A DNA stretch of 64,000 nt from Desulfomonilia bacterium. GTDB taxonomy: Bacteria; Desulfobacterota; Desulfomonilia; UBA1062. The stretch is taken from assembly GCA_963664325.2 (NCBI GenBank), contig CAXXDQ010000003.1:1-64000 (forward strand), in the 5' to 3' direction. Position numbers and translations under genes: made by a program. Shown here piece after piece: positions 1 through 9,393 of the stretch (the stretch's first letter is position 1; each line of letters begins with the position of its first letter). The notes below the pieces were generated by a model that was not told where the DNA came from, did no database searches, and was given only the letters and a program-made list of their open reading frames with translations.

Positions 1-1143
1 GCTCAATGACGGCAGCAGGGCATAACGGTCTGCAAGGTTGTTATTTATTGGGAAGATATGGGATACGGGAAGGATAAAGATATAGTGCAGTGCGATAAAG
101 ATTGTAGTCAAATACCGCCGCTTTATTGCCGAATATAAAGCAAAACCGGTCAGCAACAGGTTCAGGGCAAAATAAACCCATGCCTGCCAGAGCGAGATGC
201 TTGTAAACAGTTTAATCGGGTAGTCTGCAGAAAAATATACGGTTGTGGCATATAAAGATATATATTCAATAAATATCTGCGAAACCGCCAGCAGATTATT
301 CCAGAAAGTCCCCCCGTGATAAGGCTTTATCCCGCCGACATCGGTCATCATTCTGACAAGCCAGACCGATAACGGAAGCACAATGATAAAGGCCGCCAGG
401 AAAAACAGTCCCTTTCTGAACCAGTATCCTTTTTGCGGGTGATGAAGCTGCAGACAGATATCCAGGACAACCATAAACACGGGTATTATGAAAGCGGTAG
501 GTTTCGACAGGATTGCAAGCAGAAGAAATCCGAAGCTTAGAAGCGAATATACCCACCCCTGAAGTCCTTTTTCGCTTCTGCCCTTTCCCTTCGGGAAAGA
601 TGAATTTCCCCCGGCATCGGTGGGAAGGGATGCCGGGGATGATGAAATCCTAGCTTTGACAAACGCCCAGAGGCTGAGCATTGTGAACAGGCCTAGAAGC
701 GGCTCTTTTCTTGCGTACAGCCAGACAACGCTTTCAACATGAACCGGATGGACTGCATAAATAAGAGCAGAAACCGACGCCCAGAAATAAGCTTTCCTGC
801 CTACAATTGAAAAGGCCTTGAACAGTTCCAGAAGGAAAAGCCATGCGGCCAGGATCATGAAAAAATAAAGAACCATGCTGTGGACATGGATGGCAAGAAA
901 GGGTTTATGAGGGGAAACGGCATAATCGATTACATAGGAAAAATCTCTGGCAGGCTGATATGTACCGGCTGAATTTATTGTGAATATCCGTTTGAGATTG
1001 GCTGAAGTCAAGGCATAATTATCAGGATTATTTATCAAGCCCGGATCATCCCAGTTTGTGGGCATGTTATAGATGATGTTGAAATAAAGCCCGAAAATAA
1101 TAACCGCAAGCAGTATAATGAAGGCTGGGATCTTTTTATTCAT
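1..1143 (-). CDS. TMTC-like (GT-C fold, O-mannosyltransferase-like) multi-pass membrane protein, paralog 1; 3' end runs off the window
   Basis: Not in the ORF track. Manual translation from the ATG at 1143 is open to position 1: MNKKIPAF...NWDDPGL...YQPARDFSY...HPVHVESVVWLYARKE...ADRYALLPSLS, colinear with the 1266-3074 paralog. Confidence 0.85.
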   Translation of the reverse strand, partial: MNKKIPAFIILLAVIIFGLYFNIIYNMPTNWDDPGLINNPDNYALTSANLKRIFTINSAGTYQPARDFSYVIDYAVSPHKPFLAIHVHSMVLYFFMILAAWLFLLELFKAFSIVGRKAYFWASVSALIYAVHPVHVESVVWLYARKEPLLGLFTMLSLWAFVKARISSSPASLPTDAGGNSSFPKGKGRSEKGLQGWVYSLLSFGFLLLAILSKPTAFIIPVFMVVLDICLQLHHPQKGYWFRKGLFFLAAFIIVLPLSVWLVRMMTDVGGIKPYHGGTFWNNLLAVSQIFIEYISLYATTVYFSADYPIKLFTSISLWQAWVYFALNLLLTGFALYSAIKRRYLTTIFIALHYIFILPVSHIFPINNNLADRYALLPSLS

Positions 1144-1265
1144 TCTGGTTTTTTATCATGCGGCTTATGAAAATGTAACACATAACTGGATAACTTTTTC
1201 CGGTGTGATTTTAAAAGAAGAAATGTCGGATAATGTATGGTCTTTTAAAATATTCATGAATATTT

Positions 1266-3074
1266 TTAATTCGTGATTCTGATCTTGACCTGTGTTTCAG
1301 ACGCCTTTTGGGGATTCCCCATGCTTGTATACAGATTTGCCAGTTCACTTACAATCCATCTGTCTCCGCCGATCCTGACAAGCGTATCATAGGCCTTGTC
1401 GGCAAGCTGCCGGGATTCTTCTTTTTTCCCGGTCTTTAATGCGCAGTAACCGGTTCTGTAGAATATGAACGGCATCATGAAATCCTGCGTAATGTATTTT
1501 CTTCTGATTATCTCTTTATTCACTTTATATAATGTCCGGTAGTCTCCTTTTTCCCAGAGGGCCTCGGATATGCCCATAGCGGCTGTATACTCATAGGCCT
1601 TGCAGGAGAATGACAGGTTGAACATCCTGATTGCATTATCAAGGTCTTTCTTTGCCATGCTGCATAATGCAAGGTCATACATTGCCGTGCAGTCCATGGG
1701 ATTTATCTCATGTGCCTTTTGAATCAGTTTTTCTGCCTTATTGATATTCCCCTGATCAAGAAAGAATGAACCCAGGTTCAAGTTGGCAAAAAAAGATTCC
1801 GGGTAGAGATAAAGCGTGTGCTCCCAAAGCGTTTGCGTGTTTTTCCAGTTCTCGTTGAGCCTGATGGTTGTAAAGGAATATATGAAAACAAACAGGGCGA
1901 CAATTATTATACAAAAAAATTTGATAAAAGCGTGCCAGAGAACTTTATCCTTTGAAACATTTAGCCAAAGCCATGAAACGGCTAAACCTGTCAGAACGCA
2001 AAAGCTCAATGACGGCAGCAAGGCGTATCTGTCGGCGGTGACCTGTGGAAGTGGCAGGACATGTGATACCGGAAGTATTAAAATATAAAACCATGCAGCA
2101 AAAAAAGGATAAATGTATTTCCCTTTTTTAGCCGAGACTATTGCGCCGGCTATGATGGCTACATTGACAAATATGGAAAGAATGGCCTGCCAGTCCTTCA
2201 GGGACAGGTAAAGCCTGAAGTCATAATCAGGCGCATAATTCAAGTTAAAGATTATCAGTCTGATATATGTTGTGAAAACCTGCGAAACCGCCAGCAGGTT
2301 GTTCCAGAAGCTGCCCCCATGATAATCTTTTATCCCCCCCGCATCATGCATCATCAGTATGAGTCTTATTCCCTGCCATAAAGAAAATCCCAGTATCAGC
2401 AGATAGTATGGGGCCCGTTTTCTGAGGAACAAAGGGTCTTTTTGCTCCATCTGAATCAGCAGGTCGAGCAAGAGAATGAGTGCAGGTATCATGATCGCCA
2501 AAGGCTGGGAAAGCGCGGCAAGAAGAAGAAATATTAGACTGGCTGTATAAAATTTTAATCCGTTCTGCTTTCTGGCCTTGAGGAAGGCCCATAAACACAG
2601 GAAGACGAATAAACCTAAAAGAGTCTCTTTCCTGGCAAAAAGCCATGTCACGCTTTCCACATGAACCGGGTGGACCGTATAGATTAAAGTAACAATATAT
2701 GAAATGGAATATGCTTTTTGAAGGGAGAACGCCTTGAATAATTCGTATAAAAACAGCCAGCAGGCCAATATCATGAAATAATAAAGCATCATATTGTGAA
2801 TATGCAGTCCCCAAAGAAGAGGCTGCCCTTCTTTCCAGAGCGCGTAATCGATCATGTAGGATATGTCGCGTACAGGCTGGAATGTGCTGTTTTTCTGAAA
2901 ATTCAGTGAATGGCTCAGATTATCAAGAGTCAGGCCTTTATAAAAGGGGTTGGCATAGATGGAAGGGTCATCGTAATTTGTCGGCAGGTTATTGATCGAA
3001 TTTGAATATATTGTGAATACCAGCAATAAAAGAAATAAGGCAAGAAAGGTACTTCTTTTGCTGGAATCATCCAT
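1266..3074 (-). CDS. TMTC-like membrane glycosyltransferase (GT-C) with C-terminal TPR repeats, paralog 2
   Basis: DD motif in the first loop (NYDDPSIY), HPVHVESVTWLFARKE, ADRYALLPS, many TM segments, TPR-like C-terminus. Likely start MDDSS at 3074 (ORF track 3116). Confidence 0.85.
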   Translation of the reverse strand: MDDSSKRSTFLALFLLLLVFTIYSNSINNLPTNYDDPSIYANPFYKGLTLDNLSHSLNFQKNSTFQPVRDISYMIDYALWKEGQPLLWGLHIHNMMLYYFMILACWLFLYELFKAFSLQKAYSISYIVTLIYTVHPVHVESVTWLFARKETLLGLFVFLCLWAFLKARKQNGLKFYTASLIFLLLAALSQPLAIMIPALILLLDLLIQMEQKDPLFLRKRAPYYLLILGFSLWQGIRLILMMHDAGGIKDYHGGSFWNNLLAVSQVFTTYIRLIIFNLNYAPDYDFRLYLSLKDWQAILSIFVNVAIIAGAIVSAKKGKYIYPFFAAWFYILILPVSHVLPLPQVTADRYALLPSLSFCVLTGLAVSWLWLNVSKDKVLWHAFIKFFCIIIVALFVFIYSFTTIRLNENWKNTQTLWEHTLYLYPESFFANLNLGSFFLDQGNINKAEKLIQKAHEINPMDCTAMYDLALCSMAKKDLDNAIRMFNLSFSCKAYEYTAAMGISEALWEKGDYRTLYKVNKEIIRRKYITQDFMMPFIFYRTGYCALKTGKKEESRQLADKAYDTLVRIGGDRWIVSELANLYTSMGNPQKASETQVKIRITN

Positions 3075-3121
3075 TTGATTATTATACCGGAGAGTTGAAT
3101 CCAAAGCAAAAGCCATTGTAT

Positions 3122-3150
3122 AAAAAAAGAGGCCAGGATAATACCTGGCC
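3122..3150 (-). terminator. Rho-independent terminator after pilin A
   Basis: ggccagg(3131-3137)/cctggcc(3144-3150) stem followed on the minus strand by a T-tract (A7 at 3122-3128 on plus). Confidence 0.65.
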
Positions 3151-3178
3151 CCGGTTTTTTACATGCTGGGATACTTAA

Positions 3179-3610
3179 TTAGTTCTTAGGTACATACTTG
3201 TTTGGAAGACCACCAGTAGCAGACCAAGTTCTTGTGCCACCACCTGTTCCTGAAGCAAGTTGAATACCTCCGCTAATACCACTAATGTTCTGTAATGTAG
3301 CGGTAAGTGTAAATGTACCTCCGGCAGATGCCGCGGTTGCAAAAGTGGCGTATTTTGTCGGGAGGTTTACGCCTGTTGAAGTAGCAATTAATGCAGCGGT
3401 TCCAATAGCAGCCGCAGTTGCATTTGTACCATTTTCTGCTGTAAGATGCTGAAGAGCGCTGACAGCAGCACCCATGGCATTTGTTACCTCTGAAATCTTT
3501 GCTTTTTTTGTATAATCGCTATACGCAGGGATTGCTATGGCCGCCAGGATACCGATGATCGCGACAACGATCATCAACTCGATCAGTGTGAATCCTTTTT
3601 TGCTTTTCAT
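3179..3610 (-). CDS. pilA: Type IVa major pilin, copy A
   Basis: Class III signal peptide KKG|[24 protein letters not shown]; RBS aggagg upstream. Confidence 0.95.
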   Translation of the reverse strand: MKSKKGFTLIELMIVVAIIGILAAIAIPAYSDYTKKAKISEVTNAMGAAVSALQHLTAENGTNATAAAIGTAALIATSTGVNLPTKYATFATAASAGGTFTLTATLQNISGISGGIQLASGTGGGTRTWSATGGLPNKYVPKN

Positions 3611-3686
3611 AAAGACTTCCTCCTTAAGGAATATATTATTTTTTTGTTACGTTTTTTATGATGTAAAAATACTCATATAATTATTG

Positions 3687-3713
3687 TTATCGGTTACCTG
3701 AACAAAAACTTTA
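3687..3713 (-). promoter_or_regulatory. Sigma-28 (FliA)-like promoter upstream of pilin A
   Basis: Minus strand reads TAAAGTTT-N11-ACCGATAA; FliA consensus is TAAAGTTT-N11-GCCGATAA. Confidence 0.7.
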
Positions 3714-3854
3714 GCATTTATTTTAAAAATAATCAAGAAAGTGGGAAGGCACAGCACAAAAATACAGAGTTAAGGGGCAAAGCCAAAACTGGAACTTTGG
3801 AAGTATGCCAGCTTTGACTTAGCCCCGGTTTATTTTAGGTTCCTGGATACTTAA

Positions 3855-4286
3855 TTAGTTCTTAGGTACATACTTGTTTGGAAGACCACCAGTAGCAGAC
3901 CAAGTTCTTGTGCCACCACCTGTTCCTGAAGCAAGTTGAATACCTCCGCTAATACCACTAATGTTCTGTAATGTAGCGGTAAGTGTAAATGTACCTCCGG
4001 CAGATGCCGCCGATGCATAGGTGGCGTATTTTGTCGGGAGGTTTACGCCTGTTGAAGTAGCTATTAATGCAGCGGTTCCAATAGCGGTTGCGGTTGCATT
4101 CGCACCCCTTTCAGCTGAAAGATGCTGAAGAGCGCTGACAGCAGCACCCATGGCATTTGTAACTTCAGTAAGCCTGGCCTTCCTCGTATAATCACTGTAA
4201 GCCGGAATTGCTATGGCCGCCAGGATACCGATGATCGCGACAACGATCATCAACTCGATCAGTGTGAATCCTTTTTTCCTTCTCAT
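3855..4286 (-). CDS. pilA: Type IVa major pilin, copy B
   Basis: Same prepilin motif; 143 aa; C-terminal ~50 aa identical to copy A. Confidence 0.95.
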   Translation of the reverse strand: MRRKKGFTLIELMIVVAIIGILAAIAIPAYSDYTRKARLTEVTNAMGAAVSALQHLSAERGANATATAIGTAALIATSTGVNLPTKYATYASAASAGGTFTLTATLQNISGISGGIQLASGTGGGTRTWSATGGLPNKYVPKN

Positions 4287-4373
4287 TAAAAATTCCTCCT
4301 GAATATATGTATTGTTTTTTTATTGTCTTATATGCTGAGTTCTTTTGATGCCAAAATGCCCGTTCAATTACAT

Positions 4374-4401
4374 CTGTCGGTGGAGTAAGACTGAAACTTT
4401 A
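4374..4401 (-). promoter_or_regulatory. Sigma-28-like promoter upstream of pilin B
   Basis: Minus strand reads TAAAGTTT-N12-ACCGACAG, at a similar distance from the start codon as in copy A. Confidence 0.5.
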
Positions 4402-4529
4402 AGATTTGTTTAAAAAATTATTCGATGAATTATTTAATAAAGGGCATTAAGTCTTCATAACATTACACCCTGCTTTTGCTTCTGCACTTTGTTCCGAATA
4501 AATTCAAGAGGACCTGATTTTCTTATGTC

Positions 4530-5912
4530 TTAACTTTTCTCACTCCAGTCAAGCAGCTCCCTTAACGAAAATATGCAGTCCTGGATATTGTTGTACACGG
4601 CGAGGCCTGCTTCCTTGAAGATGGCGCATATCCTGATTCTTGCCTCTTCAATCTGAATGCTGTCTTCCGTAAATTTTGAAAATATAGGGATTACCGGTTT
4701 AACCATTTCGCGCGCCGCATCAGCAATGGTATGCGGACCGCTTTCCGTCTGATCGCTCTGGAACGTGCTGATGAAATCGACACTGAAATACGGGATGATG
4801 ACATCGATGTTGGGGTCGCTGTCCATTTCCTTCATCGTATGGGCCATCACGTTGAAATCAAACCCGTATGCGCCCAAATCAACGGGGTTCAATGTGCAGG
4901 TGTTTATATTCCTTATCATTGTCGATATGCCGTCCTGTGTCTTTTGATCAAGTGCCGGCAGTGTAAGCCCGTGCTCATATGCGAGATCTGTGAACAGGAC
5001 AGAGGTGCCGCCTCCTGCACCGAGAAATCCGACCCTGTGGCCTGTTGGCATTCTGTAGGATGTTGCAAGCATCAGGACGTCCATCATCTGCTCGAATGTG
5101 TCAACCTCAATGCACCTGAGCTGTTTCATGACCGCAGACCAGATCTCATTGCTGCCTGCCATTGCCCCAGTATGGCTGGCCGCAGCCCTTGCCCCTTCAT
5201 TGGTCCTTCCTCCTTTGAGGATGGCCACAGGTTTTATTGAGGTAGCCTTTTTAAGCGCATCGTAAAAACGCTTGCCGTCTTTTACATCTTCGATATATGC
5301 GCCGATTGCGGTTACGGTTTCATCCCCGGCAAGATAATCGAGCAGCTCTTCGACTTTCATATCGATCTGGTTCCCATAGGATACGACCTTGTTTATTGGG
5401 ATATGCCTTGACTGTGCCATGCGCACGAAGTTGCTGGTGACGGCCCCGGACTGACCCAGGAATGCCGCTTTGCCGATGCCTGACTGGCGAAAAAACGGGT
5501 CAAAGAAAACTCTGGATTCGGTACAGTGGACACCGATGCAGTTCGGGCCGATTATCCTGGTATTTCCCTTTGCACTGAGCAGTTCCTCCTCGAGTCCGCT
5601 CTCCCCTATTTCACTGAATCCTGATGTAAAGAAATGCAGGTACCCGATACCTTTTCGAGATGCGGCCTTTACGGTATCCAGAGCTGCTGCTGCAGGAACG
5701 GAAGCGATTGCCAGGTCAACACCGTCCGGGAGGTCATCAAGGCCTGCATATACCTTTGCCCCGTCTATTTCCTTATGGGTGGGGTTTACAGGATATAATG
5801 CGCCTTTAAATCCAAGTCCCCTGAGAATCTGATAATATGGAATTTTTCCGCCGCCTATTTTAGGCGAAGCGCCTATCACTGCTATGCTCTCTGGATAAAA
5901 AAGCCTTTTCAT
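4530..5912 (-). CDS. CoA-binding protein / acyl-CoA synthetase (NDP-forming) alpha-subunit-like
   Basis: PESIAVIGAS, IIGPNCIG, GQSG, AAASHTGAMAG (phospho-His motif), NPVDLG. Confidence 0.85.
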   Translation of the reverse strand: MKRLFYPESIAVIGASPKIGGGKIPYYQILRGLGFKGALYPVNPTHKEIDGAKVYAGLDDLPDGVDLAIASVPAAAALDTVKAASRKGIGYLHFFTSGFSEIGESGLEEELLSAKGNTRIIGPNCIGVHCTESRVFFDPFFRQSGIGKAAFLGQSGAVTSNFVRMAQSRHIPINKVVSYGNQIDMKVEELLDYLAGDETVTAIGAYIEDVKDGKRFYDALKKATSIKPVAILKGGRTNEGARAAASHTGAMAGSNEIWSAVMKQLRCIEVDTFEQMMDVLMLATSYRMPTGHRVGFLGAGGGTSVLFTDLAYEHGLTLPALDQKTQDGISTMIRNINTCTLNPVDLGAYGFDFNVMAHTMKEMDSDPNIDVIIPYFSVDFISTFQSDQTESGPHTIADAAREMVKPVIPIFSKFTEDSIQIEEARIRICAIFKEAGLAVYNNIQDCIFSLRELLDWSEKS

Positions 5913-6089
5913 AGTTAAACCTCCGTTTATCTGTGAGGTTTTCTCTATAGTACACTTTCAGGATAAATCAACAGTCATTCAATATGTTGTTATAAAAGGC
6001 AATTTTTCTTCTGTATTGAATCTTTATGCCTAATACTGTATATTAATAAATGGCATAATATTTGATTACATCACAAGAGGAGAGATGTT

Positions 6090-7268
6090 ATGAATAGGAA
6101 AATACAGCTGTTTGCTGCTTGCATCATTATCTCCCTGACGGTTACCGGATGTTTAGTGCTCCCGCCTGACAGTGTTTCGGTTAAGCAGAAAACAATAAGT
6201 TCCGTGGAAGTATCATGGAAGGCCAACCTGCTTATAGCCGGAGGCTTCACAATTGAGAGAAAAGCGGAGGGCGGGAGTTTTGAGGTCGTTGCCACCCTGC
6301 CCATGAAGCCGGTTATCCAATGGTCATTTGAGGATGCAGACCTGCTGACGGGAATCAAATACACCTACCGTATCCGGTCATATTATGAGGAGCAGTTCTC
6401 AGAATATTCCCCTGAAGCTGACATTGTCCTTTCCGAGAATCCGCCGTCCGATTCTTTCATCATCGACCACAGATGTGCGAAGCTAGAATTGATTCCGGAA
6501 CAATGGATAAGCCAGGCGAAGGGCAGTCTGCACATAGCATACGGGCACACGTCGCACGGGAGCCAGATAGTGACGGGCATGTACTCTCTTCCGGGATTTA
6601 AAGGTTCTTTGTATTCATATAATGAAGGGGGTACGGGTGGCGCACTGGACCTGAGGGACGAGGCGATAGCGAGCGGGTATGACCTCGGGAATCCTGACAG
6701 GACATCCTGGGCGGCCGCAACAAGGGAATACCTCAGAAACAATACCGGTGTTAATGTTATAATGTGGGCATGGTGCGGTCAGGTTTCCACCTCGACGGAA
6801 TCCGACATAAACACTTATCTTAATCTCATGTCGCAGCTTGAATCTGATTTTCCGGGTGTAAAATTTGTTTATATGACAGGGCATACCGACGGTACGGGAC
6901 TTTCCGGAAACCTGTTTATAAGAAACAAACAGATACGCGATTACTGCATTGCCAATAACAAGATACTATATGATTTTGCAGATATTGAAAGCTATGATCC
7001 CGATTGGAATTACTATGGCGACAGACATGTGACAGGTGCCTGCAATTATGATTATGACAATGACGGGGTAACATCGCAAAGTTCTGATGAACCCCCGCTG
7101 CCGACCGGTAAAGATCACAACTGGGCGCTGGACTGGCAGAAATCGCACACAGAAGGTGTTGACTGGTATTACTGCGGTTCAGCCCATTCCCAGCCTCTGA
7201 ACGCCAACCTGAAGGCTTATGCCGCATGGTGGATGTTCGCCAGACTGGCCGGATGGGACGGCCAGTAA
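6090..7268 (+). CDS. Putative lipoprotein with FN3-like domain and uncharacterised SGNH-like domain
   Basis: Lipobox-like LTVTGC; FN3-like segment (W...F.IER...Y.YRIRS); conserved-looking HIAYGHTSHGSQI and LYDFADIESYDPD. Confidence 0.65.
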   Translation: MNRKIQLFAACIIISLTVTGCLVLPPDSVSVKQKTISSVEVSWKANLLIAGGFTIERKAEGGSFEVVATLPMKPVIQWSFEDADLLTGIKYTYRIRSYYEEQFSEYSPEADIVLSENPPSDSFIIDHRCAKLELIPEQWISQAKGSLHIAYGHTSHGSQIVTGMYSLPGFKGSLYSYNEGGTGGALDLRDEAIASGYDLGNPDRTSWAAATREYLRNNTGVNVIMWAWCGQVSTSTESDINTYLNLMSQLESDFPGVKFVYMTGHTDGTGLSGNLFIRNKQIRDYCIANNKILYDFADIESYDPDWNYYGDRHVTGACNYDYDNDGVTSQSSDEPPLPTGKDHNWALDWQKSHTEGVDWYYCGSAHSQPLNANLKAYAAWWMFARLAGWDGQ

Positions 7269-7314
7269 TATATTATCGGGTTTCAAACGATTACAAAAAC
7301 GGGAGGCAATAACA

Positions 7315-7650
7315 ATGAGTTGTATCTTCTGCAGGATTATTAAAGGCGAAATTCCCTGTACCAAGGTTTATGAGGATGACCAGGTATTAGCATTCGAAGA
7401 TATACAGCCGATGTCAAAGGTCCATAGTCTTATTGTCCCGAAAGAACATATCGAAAATATCAACTCAGGAATCAATAAAGACCTCTGGTTTGCTGTTCTT
7501 AAAGCTGCCCAGGAAATCGTAAAGAATAAAGGCATTGCCGAAAGCGGCTACCGTCTGGCCATAAATTCAGGTCCTGACGGTACACAGATTGTGCCTCATC
7601 TGCATGTGCATATTCTTGGCGGCCGGATGCTGGATGCGAAACTCGGGTGA
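7315..7650 (+). CDS. hinT: Histidine triad (HIT) nucleotide-binding protein
   Basis: CIFCRII...HLHVHILGG; start reassigned to ATG 7315 with ggagg RBS. Confidence 0.9.
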   Translation: MSCIFCRIIKGEIPCTKVYEDDQVLAFEDIQPMSKVHSLIVPKEHIENINSGINKDLWFAVLKAAQEIVKNKGIAESGYRLAINSGPDGTQIVPHLHVHILGGRMLDAKLG

Positions 7651-7655
7651 TAATC

Positions 7656-8804
7656 CTATTCAATATTTATTATCAGGCCATGCACATGTTCACCCTCTGG
7701 ATGAGACGGCAGATACGGGTAGTCCGGCCCCTGGCTGAGCTTGCCGCCAACCCTCGCAGTTAAACCGTATGATCCTGCGGCTTTGGCCGTTGCTTTCATG
7801 ATTTCATATATCCCGAATCTGGGGCTGTATGATGCGAGTGCAAACATCATTCCCCCTGACTTAACCCTGCTCATGGCCAGAGAAAAGACATTGTTGTAGT
7901 CTTCGGGCCTGGAAAACGGCGGCGGGTCGCAAATAACAATGTCGTATTTTGAAGATTCCCGTGAAAGGAATGCCGAGACGTCCTCCCTTTGATGGTGCCA
8001 CACAAAAGAGCTTATGGAGTTTGCCTCCATATTTCTTTTTAAAATGGCCTGTGCAGGTATGGAATTATCCACTGAAGTAACTGTTGAGGCCCCGGCCATA
8101 CATGCCGATAGGGCAAAACCGCCTGTATATGAAAACAGATCAAGCACGGATTTACCTTTGGAGACAGACCTTATGAAAGACCTGATGGGCCTGTATTCAA
8201 GATAATATCCGGTCCTGTCACCTGTCCTTACATCAATGAAAGTCCGTATACCTTCCTCCTGAACTTCAATATCTCCCTCAGGCAGTGTCCCAAAAATGGG
8301 ACCCGACTGCAGATCCAATCCTTCCGCCTTTCTGGATTTGGCATCCGATCTTTCATGTATAGCATAGCCGGGATAACGGGTTTTAAATAAGTCAATGATA
8401 TCTTCCCTGAATTTTTCCATGGCCATGCATAAAAACTGGATGACTATTACATTTCCGTATCTGTCTGCAACGAGTCCGGGCAGTCTGTCTCCTTCAGCGT
8501 TTATCAGCCTGTTGCAGGTGGTCGTTCCGGGGACTATGTCCTTGCGAAATAAAATGGCCTTATCGATCCTGCCTGCAAGCATCTCTTTGTCGACATTATC
8601 CCTTCCGAGAGTAAGAACCCTGACTGAAATCTGTGAGTAGGGATTGTAAAATCCCTGGCATAAAAAACGGCCTTTTGAATCCAAAACCCTGCAGATATAT
8701 TTATCTGAATGCGAATCCACCCTGTCGATGGCACCGGCAAAAATCCATGGATGACCGGCAAGTATCGGCTGTTCCTTGTTTTCCTTGATCCTTACAATAA
8801 ACAT
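7656..8804 (-). CDS. RlmI-family PUA + SAM-dependent RNA methyltransferase (divergent paralog)
   Basis: GHPWIF, EGDRLPGLVADRY, VLDLFSYTGGF, DPPPF. Confidence 0.85.
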   Translation of the reverse strand: MFIVRIKENKEQPILAGHPWIFAGAIDRVDSHSDKYICRVLDSKGRFLCQGFYNPYSQISVRVLTLGRDNVDKEMLAGRIDKAILFRKDIVPGTTTCNRLINAEGDRLPGLVADRYGNVIVIQFLCMAMEKFREDIIDLFKTRYPGYAIHERSDAKSRKAEGLDLQSGPIFGTLPEGDIEVQEEGIRTFIDVRTGDRTGYYLEYRPIRSFIRSVSKGKSVLDLFSYTGGFALSACMAGASTVTSVDNSIPAQAILKRNMEANSISSFVWHHQREDVSAFLSRESSKYDIVICDPPPFSRPEDYNNVFSLAMSRVKSGGMMFALASYSPRFGIYEIMKATAKAAGSYGLTARVGGKLSQGPDYPYLPSHPEGEHVHGLIINIE

Positions 8805-8826
8805 GGGTTGCCTCTAACACAGTTCA

Positions 8827-9345
8827 TCAGGCCTTGCCAGCATCTTTAGTATTAATTGCCGGGTATGATAAAATGAAATCCGCAAGCTTTGACACATCAC
8901 TGAATGCGAACCTTGGAATGTCTGTGCCCGGGTCAGTATCACTTACTAGACCGATAAAACGGCCCTCATATTCCATACATAACGGCAGATTATGAACGGC
9001 AGGATTGAAGACCTCGATTTTAGGAAACGGGCCGTCCTTATAACCTTCCAGAAGGACAATATCCATATCCATTCCAGCCAGTTCAGCAATCTCCAGGTCG
9101 CTTTTTTCGCAACAGTCATACATCATCATACCGTGAGGCGAAAATATCATGATCCTTGATGCGCCGCTCTTGCGGTACCTGTATGTATCTTTGCCTTTAA
9201 TGTCAAATTCCGGCATATGTCCCGAGTGTTTTACCGCCGCGACCTTCAGGCCTCTTTTTGTAAGTTCTTTGATCAGGAGTTCTATAATGTGTGTTTTACC
9301 TGACCCGGAACTTCTTGCGACAAACGATATGATATTTATATTCAT
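8827..9345 (-). CDS. mobB: Molybdopterin-guanine dinucleotide biosynthesis protein B
   Basis: SGSGKT, VKH, GKDTYR, EGYK..P.PKIEV. Confidence 0.9.
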   Translation of the reverse strand: MNINIISFVARSSGSGKTHIIELLIKELTKRGLKVAAVKHSGHMPEFDIKGKDTYRYRKSGASRIMIFSPHGMMMYDCCEKSDLEIAELAGMDMDIVLLEGYKDGPFPKIEVFNPAVHNLPLCMEYEGRFIGLVSDTDPGTDIPRFAFSDVSKLADFILSYPAINTKDAGKA

Positions 9346-9393
9346 GGGCGCTGATTATCCGGTCATTGCGGCAAAATCAACATTTTTTTCATA

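Noticed and set aside
296-556. 86-aa ORF in the track
   Set aside because: Alternative frame inside the real 1-1143 TMTC-like gene.
551-562. 12-bp match (caggggtgggta) between the in-frame insertion and the cassette upstream region at ~52871
   Set aside because: 12-mer matches are expected by chance many times in 64 kb; no extension.
3179-4286. Pilin pair as a DGR template/variable repeat or shufflon
   Set aside because: Differences are not adenine-specific and no reverse transcriptase or invertase is present in the window.
6051-6066. Sigma-54-like TGGCATAATATTTGAT upstream of the lipoprotein
   Set aside because: The -12 element is GA rather than GC; too weak to call.
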